A stretch of DNA of 64,000 nucleotides from an uncultured Acidobacteriota bacterium (lineage in GTDB: Bacteria > Acidobacteriota > Vicinamibacteria > Fen-336): positions 56,886 through 120,885 of the forward strand of contig CAVSPR010000004.1 of NCBI GenBank assembly GCA_963729875.1, given 5' to 3'. Below the pieces are notes generated by a model that did no database searches, was not told where the DNA came from, and saw only the letters and a program-made list of their open reading frames with translations. Both the position numbers and the translations under genes were made by a program. Position 1 is the first letter of the stretch, and each line of letters opens with the position of its first letter. This document shows, piece after piece, positions 8,807 to 21,783 of this stretch.

Positions 8807-9601
8807 GTGCAGGAGCGGCTCCAGAAGATCCTCGCGCGGGCGGGCTTCGCGTCGCGGCGTGGCGCCGAGCAGCTGATGCTCGAGGGCCGGGTCACCGTCA
8901 ACGGGGAGCCGGCCCGCGAGCTGGGCACCAAGGCCGACATCGCCGCGGACGACGTCCGGGTCGACGGGACCCGGGTGAAGGAGCCGAAGGGCCCGGTCTA
9001 CCTGGTCCTCAACAAGCCCCGGGGCTACGTCACCACGCGCCGGGACCCCGAGGGCCGGCCCACGGTCATGGAGCTCGTGCCTGCCGTGGCCGGGCTCTTC
9101 CCGGTGGGGCGGCTCGACGTGACCACCGAGGGCCTGATCCTCCTGACGAACGACGGCGCCTTCGCCGAGCGGGTGTCGCACCCGCGCTACGAGGTGCCGC
9201 GCGTCTACCAGGCCAAGGTGCACCGGGTGCCCGACCCGGAGACGCTCCTTCGGCTCAGGCGCGGGGTGCGGGTGGGCGGCGACTTCATGGCCGTCGACCG
9301 CGCGCGGGTGCTCGAGGCCGACAACAACGCGTGGGTCGAGCTCGTCCTGCACGAGGGCAAGCAGCACGAGGTGAAGCGCCTGCTCGAGGCGGTCGGGCAC
9401 CCCGTCTCGAAGCTGCGGCGGGTGGCCGTGGGGCCGGTGACCACGAAGGGCCTGGCCCCCGGCGAGTTCCGCTCCCTCACGCCCGGGGAGATCGCGGGGC
9501 TGCGGCGCGGAGCCGGGAGCCCCTCGGGCGCGGGCCGGCGCCCGCTCCGGCGCCGGCCGCGGTCCCGCCGCGAGGCGCCCTCGCGGGGGGGACATCGATG
9601 A
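8807..9601 (+). CDS. rluB: pseudouridine synthase, RsuA/RluB family
   Basis: S4 domain RLQKILARAGFASRRGAEQLMLEGRVTVNG; catalytic GRLDVTTEGLILLTNDG; basic C-terminal tail. Confidence 0.9.
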   Translation: MQERLQKILARAGFASRRGAEQLMLEGRVTVNGEPARELGTKADIAADDVRVDGTRVKEPKGPVYLVLNKPRGYVTTRRDPEGRPTVMELVPAVAGLFPVGRLDVTTEGLILLTNDGAFAERVSHPRYEVPRVYQAKVHRVPDPETLLRLRRGVRVGGDFMAVDRARVLEADNNAWVELVLHEGKQHEVKRLLEAVGHPVSKLRRVAVGPVTTKGLAPGEFRSLTPGEIAGLRRGAGSPSGAGRRPLRRRPRSRREAPSRGGHR

Positions 9602-10710
9602 GCGGCACCAAGCCGGGCTGGTTCGTCTTCCCGCCCCACCTCCAGGGGCTCGACAAGTTCGAGCCCGGCAAGCCGATCGGCGAGGTGCAGCGCGAGCTGG
9701 GCCTCTCCGACGTGATCAAGCTCGCCTCGAACGAGAACCCCCTCGGTCCCTCGCCGAAGGCGGTCGAGGCGGCCCACGCCGCCGTGGCCGACATGAACCG
9801 CTACCCCGACGGGCAGGCGACCGGGCTGCGCACCGCCCTCGCCGCCCACCTCGGGATGCCGGTCTCCCACGTCGTCGCCGGCAACGGCTCCGTCGAGATC
9901 ATCGAGCTCATCGCCCGGGCCTTCCTCGCCCCCGGTGACAACGCGGTCATCTCCGAGCACGCCTTCGTCCGCTTCCGGCAGATCGTGGCCGCCCACAACC
10001 ACGGCGTGCGGCACGTGCCCATGCGGGACTGGACGCACGACCTCGCCGCCATGGGCCGCGCCATCGACTCCCGCACGCGCCTCGTGTTCGTCGCCAACCC
10101 CAACAACCCGACCGGTACCTGGAACCGGCGGGCCGAGGTCGAGGCCCTCGTGGCGGCCCTGCCGAAGGGGTGCCTGCTCGTCCTCGACGAGGCCTACTTC
10201 GAGTACACCGACGACCCCGACTACCCGAACGGGATCGACCTCGTGCGCCGGGGGGCGCCGGTCGTCGTGACCCGCACCTTCTCCAAGGTGTACGGGCTGG
10301 GGGGGCTGCGGGCGGGCTACGCGATCGCCGCCCCCGAGGTGCTCGAGGCCCTGCTCATGATCCGGGAGGCCTTCGGCACCAACTCCGTGGCGCAGGCGGC
10401 GGCGACGGCCGCCCTCGGCGACGTCGAGCACGTCCGCCGCTCGGTCGAGATGAACCGCGCCGAGAAGGCCCGCCTCGCCGGGGCGCTGCGGGACCGCGGG
10501 TTCGCCGTCCTGCCGAGCCTCGGGAACTTCGTGACGTTCGACACGCGCGGCGAGGGCCGCGACGTCTTCCGGCGCCTGCTGGCCCGCGCCGTGATCGTGC
10601 GACCGCTCGATCCCTACGACATGAAGAGCTGGCTGCGCGTCTCCGTCGGGACGCCGCCGGAGAACGCGGCCTTCCTGGCCGCCCTCGACGCCGTCCTGCC
10701 CGGGAAGTGA
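9598..10710 (+). CDS. hisC: histidinol-phosphate aminotransferase
   Basis: ATG 9598 overlaps the rluB stop (ATGA). LASNENPLGPSP, NPNNPTG, TFSKVYGLGGLRAGY (PLP lysine). Confidence 0.9.
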   Translation: MSGTKPGWFVFPPHLQGLDKFEPGKPIGEVQRELGLSDVIKLASNENPLGPSPKAVEAAHAAVADMNRYPDGQATGLRTALAAHLGMPVSHVVAGNGSVEIIELIARAFLAPGDNAVISEHAFVRFRQIVAAHNHGVRHVPMRDWTHDLAAMGRAIDSRTRLVFVANPNNPTGTWNRRAEVEALVAALPKGCLLVLDEAYFEYTDDPDYPNGIDLVRRGAPVVVTRTFSKVYGLGGLRAGYAIAAPEVLEALLMIREAFGTNSVAQAAATAALGDVEHVRRSVEMNRAEKARLAGALRDRGFAVLPSLGNFVTFDTRGEGRDVFRRLLARAVIVRPLDPYDMKSWLRVSVGTPPENAAFLAALDAVLPGK

Positions 10711-10712
10711 CG

Positions 10713-11714
10713 ATGAGAAGCAACGGACTCGTGGTCGCCATCGACGGCCCCTCCGGGGCCGGGAAGTCCACCGCCGGCCGCGCGCTCGCCGCGCAGCTCG
10801 CCTACACCTACATCGACACCGGGGCCATGTACCGCGCGCTCGCCCTCAAGGCCAGCCGCGCCGGGGTCTCGCTCGACGCGGAGGAGGCGCTCGCGCAGCT
10901 CGTGCGCGCCTCGAGCATCCAGCTCACCGAGGGAGGCCGCCGGGTGCTCCTCGACGGCTACGACGTGACCGCGGACATCCGCTCCCGGGAGATCAGCCGC
11001 GCCTCCTCGCTCGTGTCCGTGCACCCCGGCGTGCGCGTCGAGATGGTCGCCCGCCAGCGCGAGATGGGGAAGGACGGCGGGGTGGTCCTCGACGGGCGGG
11101 ACATCGGGACCGCCGTCTTCCCGGACGCCGAGGTGAAGTTCTTCCTCGACGCGAACCCGGGCGAGCGGGCCCAGCGGCGCCTCGGGGAGCTGCGCGCGGC
11201 GGGGAGCGACGTGTCCTTCGACGCCGTCGAGCAGGAGGTCCGCGAGCGGGACTACACCGACAGCCACCGCGCGGAGTCGCCGCTCGCCCGCGCCTGGGAC
11301 GCGATCGCGCTCGACACCACGAGGCTCGGGCCCGAGGAGGTGGTGGAGCGGATGCTCGCGGCGGTGCGGGCGCGCGAGGGCCGGCCCGTGGACCTCGGGA
11401 GGCTGGCCCAGGCGCACCGCCGCTCGTCGCGCCAGTACCTCGAGGCGCTGCGCTCGGGGCGGCTGAGCGTGGGCCTGTACCGGGTGGCCCAGGGCGAGGG
11501 CGAGGAGCGGCCCCGGGGGGAGGAGGTGACCTGCCTCGTCCTCGAGGGGCGGGGCCGCCTCCGGATGGGGGACGAGGACTTCGCGGTGGAGCCCGGCTGC
11601 CTGTTCACGGTGCCCGCTCGCGTGGAGCACGGGTTCCGCGAGGTCGCGGAGGACCTGCTCCTGCTCGTCTTCTCGGCCCCGCCCGAGGGCAGCGTGGCGG
11701 AGGCTGCGAAGTAG
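10713..11714 (+). CDS. cmk: cytidylate kinase fused to a C-terminal cupin-like domain
   Basis: AIDGPSGAGKST P-loop, IDTGAMYRA, VLDGRDIGT, RDYTDSHRAESPL. After ~aa 222 there is an extra ~110 aa with a beta-barrel pattern EEVTCLVLEGRGRLRMGDEDFAVEPGCLFTVPARVEHGF. Confidence 0.9.
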   Translation: MRSNGLVVAIDGPSGAGKSTAGRALAAQLAYTYIDTGAMYRALALKASRAGVSLDAEEALAQLVRASSIQLTEGGRRVLLDGYDVTADIRSREISRASSLVSVHPGVRVEMVARQREMGKDGGVVLDGRDIGTAVFPDAEVKFFLDANPGERAQRRLGELRAAGSDVSFDAVEQEVRERDYTDSHRAESPLARAWDAIALDTTRLGPEEVVERMLAAVRAREGRPVDLGRLAQAHRRSSRQYLEALRSGRLSVGLYRVAQGEGEERPRGEEVTCLVLEGRGRLRMGDEDFAVEPGCLFTVPARVEHGFREVAEDLLLLVFSAPPEGSVAEAAK

Positions 11715-11721
11715 GCCGGCC

Positions 11722-12111
11722 TCAGCGCGCGACGGCGTGCCCGGCCCGGGCGAGCGCGTCCTGCGCGCGCTCGAGGTCGCGCTCCTGGACCATCAGGTAG
11801 TCGGTGTCGTAGGTCGAGACGACGAAGATGCTGACGCCCGACGAGGCCAGGGGCCCCGCCAGGCTGGCCAGGATGCCGGTCACGCCGAAGCCGAGGGGCC
11901 CCACGACGCGCAGGCACCGCCAGCCCCGCTCCGCGCGGACGCCCGGGGGCACCGCGCCCTCGGGGCACACGACCGAGAGCTCCGCGTCGGTCCGGGTGAA
12001 CGAGACGAACGGCTTCGTCCCCGCCCACTCCGGGAGCGGCTCCGCGGCCTCCAGCCGGCACACGGCGTAGCTCCCCTCGACGACCTCCAGCTTCAGCGCC
12101 AGGTGCTCCAT
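11722..12111 (-). CDS. ACT domain-containing protein
   Basis: 129 aa: MEHLALKLEVVEGSYAVCRL..VVGPLGFGVTGILASLAGPLASSGVSIFVVSTYDTDYLMV. The ligand-binding ACT fold pattern is present. It starts 14 nt after the upstream GspE-like stop. Confidence 0.7.
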   Translation of the reverse strand: MEHLALKLEVVEGSYAVCRLEAAEPLPEWAGTKPFVSFTRTDAELSVVCPEGAVPPGVRAERGWRCLRVVGPLGFGVTGILASLAGPLASSGVSIFVVSTYDTDYLMVQERDLERAQDALARAGHAVAR

Positions 12112-12125
12112 GGCCTCGCCCTCCC

Positions 12126-13760
12126 CTACAGGCGGAGCCGGGAGAACTCGTCGAAGGTCGTGACCCCCGTCCGGACGAGCGCTATGACGCGCTCGCGGAT
12201 CGTGATCATGCCGCTCTCCATCGCCGCGTCCGCGATCTCCTCCGCCGGGCGGCCCCGCTCCAGGGCGGAGCGCACCTCGGCGCTCGCGGGGACGACCTCG
12301 AAGACCGCCCGCCGGCCGCGGTAGCCGACGGTGTTGCAGCTGGGGCATCCCTTGCCCCGGAAGAAGGCGAGCGTCTGCGCCTCGTCGTGGTCGATGCCGT
12401 GGGCGGCGAGGGTCCGGGCCGCGGGGGGCTCGGCCGGGACCTGGCAGATCCGGCAGATCGTCCGCACGAGGCGCTGCCCGAGGACGAGCCCGAGCGAGCT
12501 CGCCAGCAGCTGGGGCGGCACCCCGAGCTCGCGCAGGACCACGAGGGCCCGGACCGCGGAGGCCGCCGTTGCCTGGCCGATCACCAGCAGGCTGGAGGCG
12601 AGCTGCGAGGCCACCACCGCCGTCCCCTGGTCGGGGACGGCGGACAGCATGAGGACGTCGGGCCGGACCGCCACCATCGCCCGCAGCGTCTCCTCGATCC
12701 GCGGCCCGTGGGGGCCCGCCTCGGCCTCGACCTGCCGCACGCCGTCCATGGCCCAGTGGATGGGCGACTCGATCGAGAGCACGTCGCGCTGCCCCTGTGC
12801 GAGGAAGCTCATGATCGAGTAGCCGGTGGTGATCGCGCCGTTGAAGGCCGGCGAGGTGACGAGGATGAGGCCGAGGCCGGAACGGATCTCCTCCACGAGG
12901 CGCACGCGGTCCTCGAGCTCCAGGCCGAGGCCGGCGAAGTCCTTGATGAACGTGGAGCGGTTGACCAGCTTGACGGTCGCGCTCACGCCCTGCGAGCCGG
13001 GGACCGTCTGGACGACGAGGTCGAACTCGTCCTCCCCGAGCCGTGCCTTCGCGCGGCCCGCCTGCGGCCGCCCCCGCCTGGCCGGGTCGAGGCCGAACAT
13101 GGCGAACAAGGCGCGCTCGAGCGGGGCCTCGAACGACTTCGGTACGGGGTCGACCCGGAAGGAGAAGCCGTCGATCCGGTAGCGCACCGCCACCTGGTCC
13201 GGCTGGGGCTCCAGGCTCACGTCGGAGGCACGCTTGCGCGCGCCGAGGTCCAGCAGGTAGTCGAGCACGCTGTCGGGGTTGCTCTGCTGCCAGTAGACGG
13301 TGCCCGCGTCGCCCCCCCCGCGGGTGTCCGTGAGCCGGGTGACGCCCTGCGAGCGCAGCGCGGCGTCCACGTCCTCGCGGCTCACCAGGCCCTTGGCGGT
13401 CAGGATCTCCCCCAGCTTCGCCCCCGTGTCGCGCTGCTCGACGAGGGCCTCGAGCAGCTGCGGGGTCGTGATCCGCTTCATCCGGATCAGGATGTCGCCG
13501 AGGCGGTCCTGGCTCCGGCTGAGGGTCTGCACCTCCTCGACGAGCGGCGGGGGAGCGTGCCGCCAGAACTGCTGCTTGTACTCGGCGCTCGCGTCGCAGA
13601 AGCAGCGCAGGCAGAAGGGGCACAGCTTCGTCGGGTTCTTGGGGTCGTCGGAGCACCAGACCGCGCCCACTGCGTCGAACTCGCCGAGGCAGTTCCAGCA
13701 CGTGACGAGGTAGGGGACGGCCACGAACCCGAGGCTAGACGACAACTCCTTCGGAATCAA
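12126..13760 (-). CDS. GspE/PilB-family protein with degenerate ATPase motifs, N-terminal Cys-rich zinc-ribbon-like segment and MshEN-type domain
   Basis: N-terminus [21 protein letters not shown]2SSE_N/MshEN segment. ATPase core is recognisable, but Walker A reads [16 protein letters not shown] (versus GPTGSGKTTT) and Walker B reads [12 protein letters not shown] (versus DPDVIMVGEIRD). The tetracysteine CRICQ..GCPSCN is retained. The start codon is uncertain (TTG 13760). Confidence 0.8.
   Translation of the reverse strand: MIPKELSSSLGFVAVPYLVTCWNCLGEFDAVGAVWCSDDPKNPTKLCPFCLRCFCDASAEYKQQFWRHAPPPLVEEVQTLSRSQDRLGDILIRMKRITTPQLLEALVEQRDTGAKLGEILTAKGLVSREDVDAALRSQGVTRLTDTRGGGDAGTVYWQQSNPDSVLDYLLDLGARKRASDVSLEPQPDQVAVRYRIDGFSFRVDPVPKSFEAPLERALFAMFGLDPARRGRPQAGRAKARLGEDEFDLVVQTVPGSQGVSATVKLVNRSTFIKDFAGLGLELEDRVRLVEEIRSGLGLILVTSPAFNGAITTGYSIMSFLAQGQRDVLSIESPIHWAMDGVRQVEAEAGPHGPRIEETLRAMVAVRPDVLMLSAVPDQGTAVVASQLASSLLVIGQATAASAVRALVVLRELGVPPQLLASSLGLVLGQRLVRTICRICQVPAEPPAARTLAAHGIDHDEAQTLAFFRGKGCPSCNTVGYRGRRAVFEVVPASAEVRSALERGRPAEEIADAAMESGMITIRERVIALVRTGVTTFDEFSRLRL
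13347..13505 (-). other. tandem MshEN-type c-di-GMP-binding motif (two 24-residue motifs, 5-residue spacer)
   Basis: aa 86-138: [24 protein letters not shown] - RDTGA - [24 protein letters not shown]. Compare the published consensus RLGxx(L/V/I)(L/V/I)xxG(L/V/I/F)(L/V/I)xxxx(L/V/I)xxx(L/V/I/A)xxQ. Confidence 0.6.
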
Positions 13761-13775
13761 GACGGTGGACGATCG

Positions 13776-13805
13776 TTGACCCCCTTCGCGGCCCTGTGAT
13801 AGCGT
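13776..13805 (+). promoter_or_regulatory. candidate promoter for gcvT: TTGACC-N18-TAGCGT with TG extension
   Basis: TTGACC 13776-13781; TGaTAGCGT 13797-13805; ATG 13817 lies only 11 nt downstream. Confidence 0.35.
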
Positions 13806-13816
13806 GCCGTCTCGTC

Positions 13817-14920
13817 ATGATGGCCGAGCTTCGCAAAACCCCTCTCCACGCCGTGCACCGCGAGAGCGGGGCGAAGATGGTGCCCTTCGGCGGGTGGGAC
13901 ATGCCCGTCGAGTACTCGGGCCTCATCGCCGAGCACAACGCGGTGCGCACCGCGGCGGGGCTCTTCGACGTCTCGCACATGGGCCAGTTCGAGGTCGAGG
14001 GCGAGGGCGCCCCGGCCTTCCTCCAGCGCGTGACCGCCAACAACGTGGCGAAGCTGGTCGACGGCCAGGCCCAGTACTCGGCGCTGCCCATGCCGACCGG
14101 CTGCCCGGTGGACGACATCATCGTCTACCGCCGCTCCGCCCGGCGCTTCCTCGTCGTCGTCAACGCCGCCAACATCGAGAAGGACTGGCAGTGGCTGCTC
14201 GCCCAGCACCCGTCGGGCTGCGGGCTGCACAACCTGAGCGACCAGTTCGCCCTCCTCGCCCTCCAGGGGCCGAAGGCGGAAGCCATCCTCCAGGGGCTGA
14301 CCCCGATCGACCTCAAGACCGTCGCCTTCTACCACTTCGCCGAGGGGAAGGTCGAGGGCCGCGACGCGATCGTGGCCCGCACCGGGTACACCGGCGAGGA
14401 CGGCTTCGAGGTCTTCGTCGCCCCGGGCGACGCGGCCGCGCTCTGGCGCCGCATCGCCTCGGAGGGCAAGGTCCATGGCCTCCTCCCGGCCGGCCTCGGC
14501 GCCCGGGACACCCTCCGACTCGAAGCCCGCATGATGCTGTACGGGAACGACATGGACGAGACGACCACCCTGATCGAGGCCGGGCTGGGCTGGATCGTCT
14601 CGCTCGACGAGGCGAAGGGCGACTTGAACGGCCGGGCCGTGCTCACGGAGCAGAAGGCGAGCGGGGCTCCCCGCAAGCTCGTCGGTTTCGAGATGGTCGA
14701 GCGGGGGATCCCGCGCCACGGCTACCCGGTCGTGCTCGACGGCGAGGTCGTCTCGGCGGTGACGTCGGGGACCTTCGCCCCGTTCCTCCAGAAGAGCATC
14801 GGCCTGTGCTACCTGCCCGCGGCCCGGGCGGCGGTGGGCACGGAGATCGCAGTCGAGATCCGTGGCCGCCGGACGGCAGCCCGGGTGGTGCCCACCCCCT
14901 TCTACAAGCGTCCGCGCTGA
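13817..14920 (+). CDS. gcvT: glycine cleavage system aminomethyltransferase T
   Basis: [66 protein letters not shown] 13796 start is also possible. Confidence 0.95.
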   Translation: MMAELRKTPLHAVHRESGAKMVPFGGWDMPVEYSGLIAEHNAVRTAAGLFDVSHMGQFEVEGEGAPAFLQRVTANNVAKLVDGQAQYSALPMPTGCPVDDIIVYRRSARRFLVVVNAANIEKDWQWLLAQHPSGCGLHNLSDQFALLALQGPKAEAILQGLTPIDLKTVAFYHFAEGKVEGRDAIVARTGYTGEDGFEVFVAPGDAAALWRRIASEGKVHGLLPAGLGARDTLRLEARMMLYGNDMDETTTLIEAGLGWIVSLDEAKGDLNGRAVLTEQKASGAPRKLVGFEMVERGIPRHGYPVVLDGEVVSAVTSGTFAPFLQKSIGLCYLPAARAAVGTEIAVEIRGRRTAARVVPTPFYKRPR

Positions 14921-14933
14921 GCCAGGAGGCGCC

Positions 14934-15320
14934 ATGTACCCCCAGGATTTTCGCTACTCGAAGGACCACGAGTGGATTCACGTCGAGGGTGAGCGCGGTC
15001 GGGTCGGGATCACCGACTACGCGCAGAAGCAGCTCGGCGACGTCGTCTTCCTCGAGCTGCCCGAGGTCGGGCGCGCCCTGAAGTCGGGCGAGCAATTCGG
15101 GACCGTCGAGTCGGTGAAGGCGGTCTCGGAGCTCTACTCCCCGGTGGCGGGAGAAGTCGTCGAGGTGAACGCGCCCCTGGCCGCGAAGCCCGAGACGATC
15201 AACAAGGACCCGCACGGCGCGGCGTGGATGATCGTGCTCAAGATCACCGACCCGGCCGGCGTCGGCGCGCTGCTGGACGCCGCCGCCTACCAGGCCCTCG
15301 TGGACAGCGAGGCGAAGTAG
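14934..15320 (+). CDS. gcvH: glycine cleavage system protein H
   Basis: AGGAGG then ATG 14934. [45 protein letters not shown] (lipoyl-lysine motif). Confidence 0.95.
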   Translation: MYPQDFRYSKDHEWIHVEGERGRVGITDYAQKQLGDVVFLELPEVGRALKSGEQFGTVESVKAVSELYSPVAGEVVEVNAPLAAKPETINKDPHGAAWMIVLKITDPAGVGALLDAAAYQALVDSEAK

Positions 15321-15382
15321 AACACGCGCCGTCCCCGGCCAAGCCGCAGCCGTTCCCGCCGCCCCAGAACGAGAGGAAACCC

Positions 15383-18283
<2,901 letters not shown>

Positions 18284-18290
18284 CCCCACC

Positions 18291-19064
18291 GTGGCCATCG
18301 ACAGGCGCGACACCGTCACCGGTCGGCCGCTCAGGGGCGTGCCCACGATGCCCGTCGGCCCGAGGCCTTCGGCGCCGGGCCGGGGCGCCGCGGCTCCCTC
18401 CCGGAGCCGCCGGCCGGCCGCGGGCGCGCCGGCCCCGCCGACCGTGGGCCTCGTCCTGTGGCCGGCGCTCCTCACCCTCGCCGTCACGGCCCTGCGCCTC
18501 GTCGGCGAGCTGCGGGGCTGGTCGCCCGCGACCTTCAGCCGCCTGGCGGGCGGCGGGCTGTCGCCGCTCGGCATCACGTGGCTGGCCCCGATCGTCGGCG
18601 CGTACTTCGGCTGGCGGCTCGCGAGGGCCGGCGTCGCCTCGCCTCACCCGGCGCGGGCCTTCGGCGTCCCGGCGGGGGCGCTCGCCCTGGGCTTTCTCCT
18701 CGGGACCCTCGGCGAGCGGCTGATCCGCCCGTCGGTCACGTCCACCATGGCCCTCTGGGCCATCGTCGCGCTCGGCGTCGCCGTCGCCGCCCTCGCCGCC
18801 TGGCCGGCCCTGGGCCGGCCCCTGCTCGCCTACGCGTACGCCGCGCGGCTCCCGGTCGCGCTCGTCATGGCCCTCGCCATGTGGAAGGCCTGGGGGACCC
18901 ACTACGACGCGCGGGCTCCCGGCTTCGGCACGATGCCGCCGCTGCGAGTCTGGCTGTGGACGGGCCTCCTCCCCCAGACGACGATCTGGGTGGCCTGGAC
19001 GGTGGCCACCGGCGCCCTGGGGGGCGCCGCCGGCTCGCTCCTGAAGATCCGCCGGCCGCGCTGA
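18291..19064 (+). CDS. integral membrane protein, unknown function
   Basis: Six or so hydrophobic helices (LVLWPALLTLAVTALRLV, ITWLAPIVGAYFGW, AGALALGFLLGTL, LWAIVALGVAVAALAAW, LPVALVMALAMW, LWTGLLPQTTIWVAWTVATGALGG). The start is uncertain (GTG 18291, ATG 18348 or later). Confidence 0.5.
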   Translation: MAIDRRDTVTGRPLRGVPTMPVGPRPSAPGRGAAAPSRSRRPAAGAPAPPTVGLVLWPALLTLAVTALRLVGELRGWSPATFSRLAGGGLSPLGITWLAPIVGAYFGWRLARAGVASPHPARAFGVPAGALALGFLLGTLGERLIRPSVTSTMALWAIVALGVAVAALAAWPALGRPLLAYAYAARLPVALVMALAMWKAWGTHYDARAPGFGTMPPLRVWLWTGLLPQTTIWVAWTVATGALGGAAGSLLKIRRPR

Positions 19065-19088
19065 CTCCCCGGCCACGGCCGTCGCGGC

Positions 19089-19094
19089 TATAAT
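19089..19094 (+). promoter_or_regulatory. consensus -10 hexamer TATAAT upstream of the EAL gene
   Basis: A perfect TATAAT in a very GC-rich spacer, 27 nt before TTG 19121. Confidence 0.4.
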
Positions 19095-19120
19095 GCCCCG
19101 ATCGGCGGCCCTTCAACCGG

Positions 19121-20407
19121 TTGGAGAGGCGCGGCTTGTACTCAGAGATCCCGACCTACCACGAGCGGCTGAACCAGCTGACCGAGCAGCTCCGCGAGAA
19201 CGGCCACCTGGGCCTCGTGCTGATCGACGCCTCGGACCTCGCCCAGGTCGAGCACGACTACGGCTCGCTCGCCTTCGAGCAGGTTCTCTCGGTCGTGAGC
19301 GGCCTCGTCCGCGAGCTCCAGGGCGCCGAGGTGCGCACCACCGACATGCTGGCGCTCAACGAGCGCGGGGGCAACGCCTTCCTGCTCTTCCTCTCGCCGC
19401 GCCGGGGCGAGAGGGTGAGCCGCCCGCGGATCGCCGACCTCGAGTCGATCTGCCAGCGCGTGGACGAGCAGCTCAACCGCAAGCTCGCCGCGTTCAAGTC
19501 CCCCTACCTGCGCGGCAAGCGCCGGGTCACCGCGGGCTTCGCCGTCGTCTTCCACAACCCCCTCATCATGGCCGAGCGGGTCGTGGCCCGGCTCGTGAAC
19601 GAGGCGTGGGAGAGCGTCCGAATCCAGAGGAGGCAGGCCGACTTCCACACGCGCTGCCGGCTCCAGGACGTGCTGCTCGGGGACCAGATCACGACCGTCT
19701 TCCAGCCCATCGTGGACCTGCACGGGGGCGGCCTCCTCGGCTTCGAGGCCCTCTCGCGGGGCCCGGTCGGGACCCAGCAGCACAGCCCGGTCAACCTGTT
19801 CGAGGCCGCCGCCGCCTCCGACCTCGTCTTCGAGCTCGACCGGCACTGCCGGCGCCGCGCGCTGCGGACGGCCCAGGCCCTGCCCGCGCCGCACCACCTC
19901 TTCATCAACGTGGTACCGGCCTCGATGTACGACCCCGACTTCCAGGGGGCGAGCCTCATCCACCTGCTCGAGGGGCTGGGACTCTCGCCCGAGCGGATCG
20001 TGCTCGAGGTGAGCGAGCAGTACGCGATCGAGAACTACACCCTCTTCGTCGAGGCGCTGCAGAACTTCACGCAGATCGGGTTCTCGATCGCGGTGGACGA
20101 CATCGGGGCCGGCTACTCCGGGCTCGAGAAGATCGCCCACCTCAACCCGCGGTACCTGAAGTTCGACATGCAGCTGGTGCGCGACATCGACCGCGTCCAC
20201 GTCAAGCGCGAGATGGCGCGGGCGCTCAAGACGTTCGCGGACAAGATGGACTCCCTGATCATCGCCGAGGGCATCGAGCGCGAGGGCGAGCAACAGGCCT
20301 GCGTCGACCTCGGCCTGCACTACGGCCAGGGGTACCTGCTGGCCCGGCCCGCCCCCCTGGAGACGTTCAACCTCGGCCCGGTGGAGCCTTCTTCCGCTCG
20401 CGTATGA
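19121..20407 (+). CDS. c-di-GMP phosphodiesterase: degenerate GGDEF-like domain + EAL domain
   Basis: N-terminal half has a GGDEF fold with RGGNAF in place of GGDEF. EAL half is intact: [51 protein letters not shown]. Confidence 0.85.
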   Translation: MERRGLYSEIPTYHERLNQLTEQLRENGHLGLVLIDASDLAQVEHDYGSLAFEQVLSVVSGLVRELQGAEVRTTDMLALNERGGNAFLLFLSPRRGERVSRPRIADLESICQRVDEQLNRKLAAFKSPYLRGKRRVTAGFAVVFHNPLIMAERVVARLVNEAWESVRIQRRQADFHTRCRLQDVLLGDQITTVFQPIVDLHGGGLLGFEALSRGPVGTQQHSPVNLFEAAAASDLVFELDRHCRRRALRTAQALPAPHHLFINVVPASMYDPDFQGASLIHLLEGLGLSPERIVLEVSEQYAIENYTLFVEALQNFTQIGFSIAVDDIGAGYSGLEKIAHLNPRYLKFDMQLVRDIDRVHVKREMARALKTFADKMDSLIIAEGIEREGEQQACVDLGLHYGQGYLLARPAPLETFNLGPVEPSSARV

Positions 20408-21783
20408 GCCGGGCGGCCTCGAGCCGGGCCGCGACGTCCTTCTCCCGGCCGCGGTCGGTCGGGCGGTAGTACCGCCTCCCGGCCAGCCCCTCCGGGAGGC
20501 ACTCCATCCCCGCGACTCCCTCGCTCTCGTCGTGCGCGTAGCGGTAGCCCTTCCCGTAGCCCAGGTCCTTCATGAGCCCGGTGGGGGCGTTGCGGATCCA
20601 CAGCGGCACCGGCTCTGCCCGCGTCTCGAGCGCGTCTCTCGCCGCCTCCCCGTAGGCCACGTAGAGGGCGTTGCTCTTCGGCGCCGCGGCGAGGTAGACG
20701 ACCAGCTCGGCGAGGGCGAGAGCGCCCTCCGGCAGGCCGATGAAGTGAACGGCCTGCTGCGCCGCCATCGCCACCACGAGCGCCTGGGGGTCCGCCATGC
20801 CCACGTCCTCGGAAGCGAAGCGCACGAGGCGCCGGGCGACGTAGAGCGGGTCCTCGCCCGCCTCGATCATCCGCGCGAGCCAGTAGAGGCCGGCGTCGGA
20901 GTCGGAGTTGCGGATGGACTTGTGCAGGGCCGAGATGACGTTGAAGTGCTCCTCGCCGGCCTTGTCGTAGAGGAGCGCCTTGCGGGCGAAGGCCTGCTGC
21001 ATCGCCGGGAGGTCCACCGGCCGCCGCCCGTCGGCGCCCGGGCGGCGCGGTCGTGACCGCCAGCTCGAGCACGTTGAGGGCGGTGCGGGCGTCGCCGTCC
21101 GAGGCCCCGGCGAGGAAGGCGAGGGCGTCCTCCGCGACCCCGGCCTGCCAGGAGCCGAGGCCGCGCTCCGGGTCGGCGAGCGCCTGGCGCAGGACCCGGA
21201 CGAGCTCCTCCCCGCCGAGGGGCTTCAGCACCACGACCCGGGAGCGGGAGAGCAGCGCCGCGTTCACCTCGAAGGAGGGGTTCTCGGTCGTGGCCCCGAT
21301 GAGGACGATGTCCCCGGACTCGACGTGGGCGAGGAGGGCGTCCTGCTGCGCCTTGTTGAAGCGGTGGATCTCGTCGATGAGGACGACGGTGCGCCGGCCC
21401 TCGCGGCGGCGCCGCTCCTCGGCCGCCCGCAGGACCTCGCGCACCTCCTTGACCCCGGAGAGCACGGCGCTCATCGCCTCGAAGTGCGCCTTCGTGAGGC
21501 GGCGGATCACGAACGCGAGGGTGGTCTTGCCCGAGCCCGGCGGGCCCCACAGGATCAGCGAGCGGAGCTGGTCCTGCTCGATCGCCCGCCGGAGCGGCCG
21601 GCCGGGGCCGAGCACCTCCTCCTGCCCCAGGATCTCGTCGAGGGTGCGTGGCCTCACCCGGTCGGCGAGCGGAGCGTCGGGCCGGGGCTCGCCGACCGGG
21701 ACCTCCCGGTCCCGCCCCCTGGAGAGCCGGTCCTCGGGAAAGAGCGACCCCGTTCCTTCCTCTCGCGGTCGCGCCATCCTCAT
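20367..21783 (-). pseudogene. rarA: replication-associated recombination protein A (RarA/MgsA), one +1 frameshift in this sequence
   Basis: [21 protein letters not shown], Walker [58 protein letters not shown]. After ~21033-21037: [37 protein letters not shown]. The ATG overlaps the upstream stop (ATGA, 21780-21783). 1417 nt minus 1 is a multiple of 3. Confidence 0.9.

Noticed and set aside
13761-13816. Possible glycine riboswitch upstream of gcvT.
   Set aside because: The spacer between the divergent GspE-like start and the gcvT start is only ~56 nt. That is too short for a single or tandem glycine aptamer, and no conserved aptamer core is visible.
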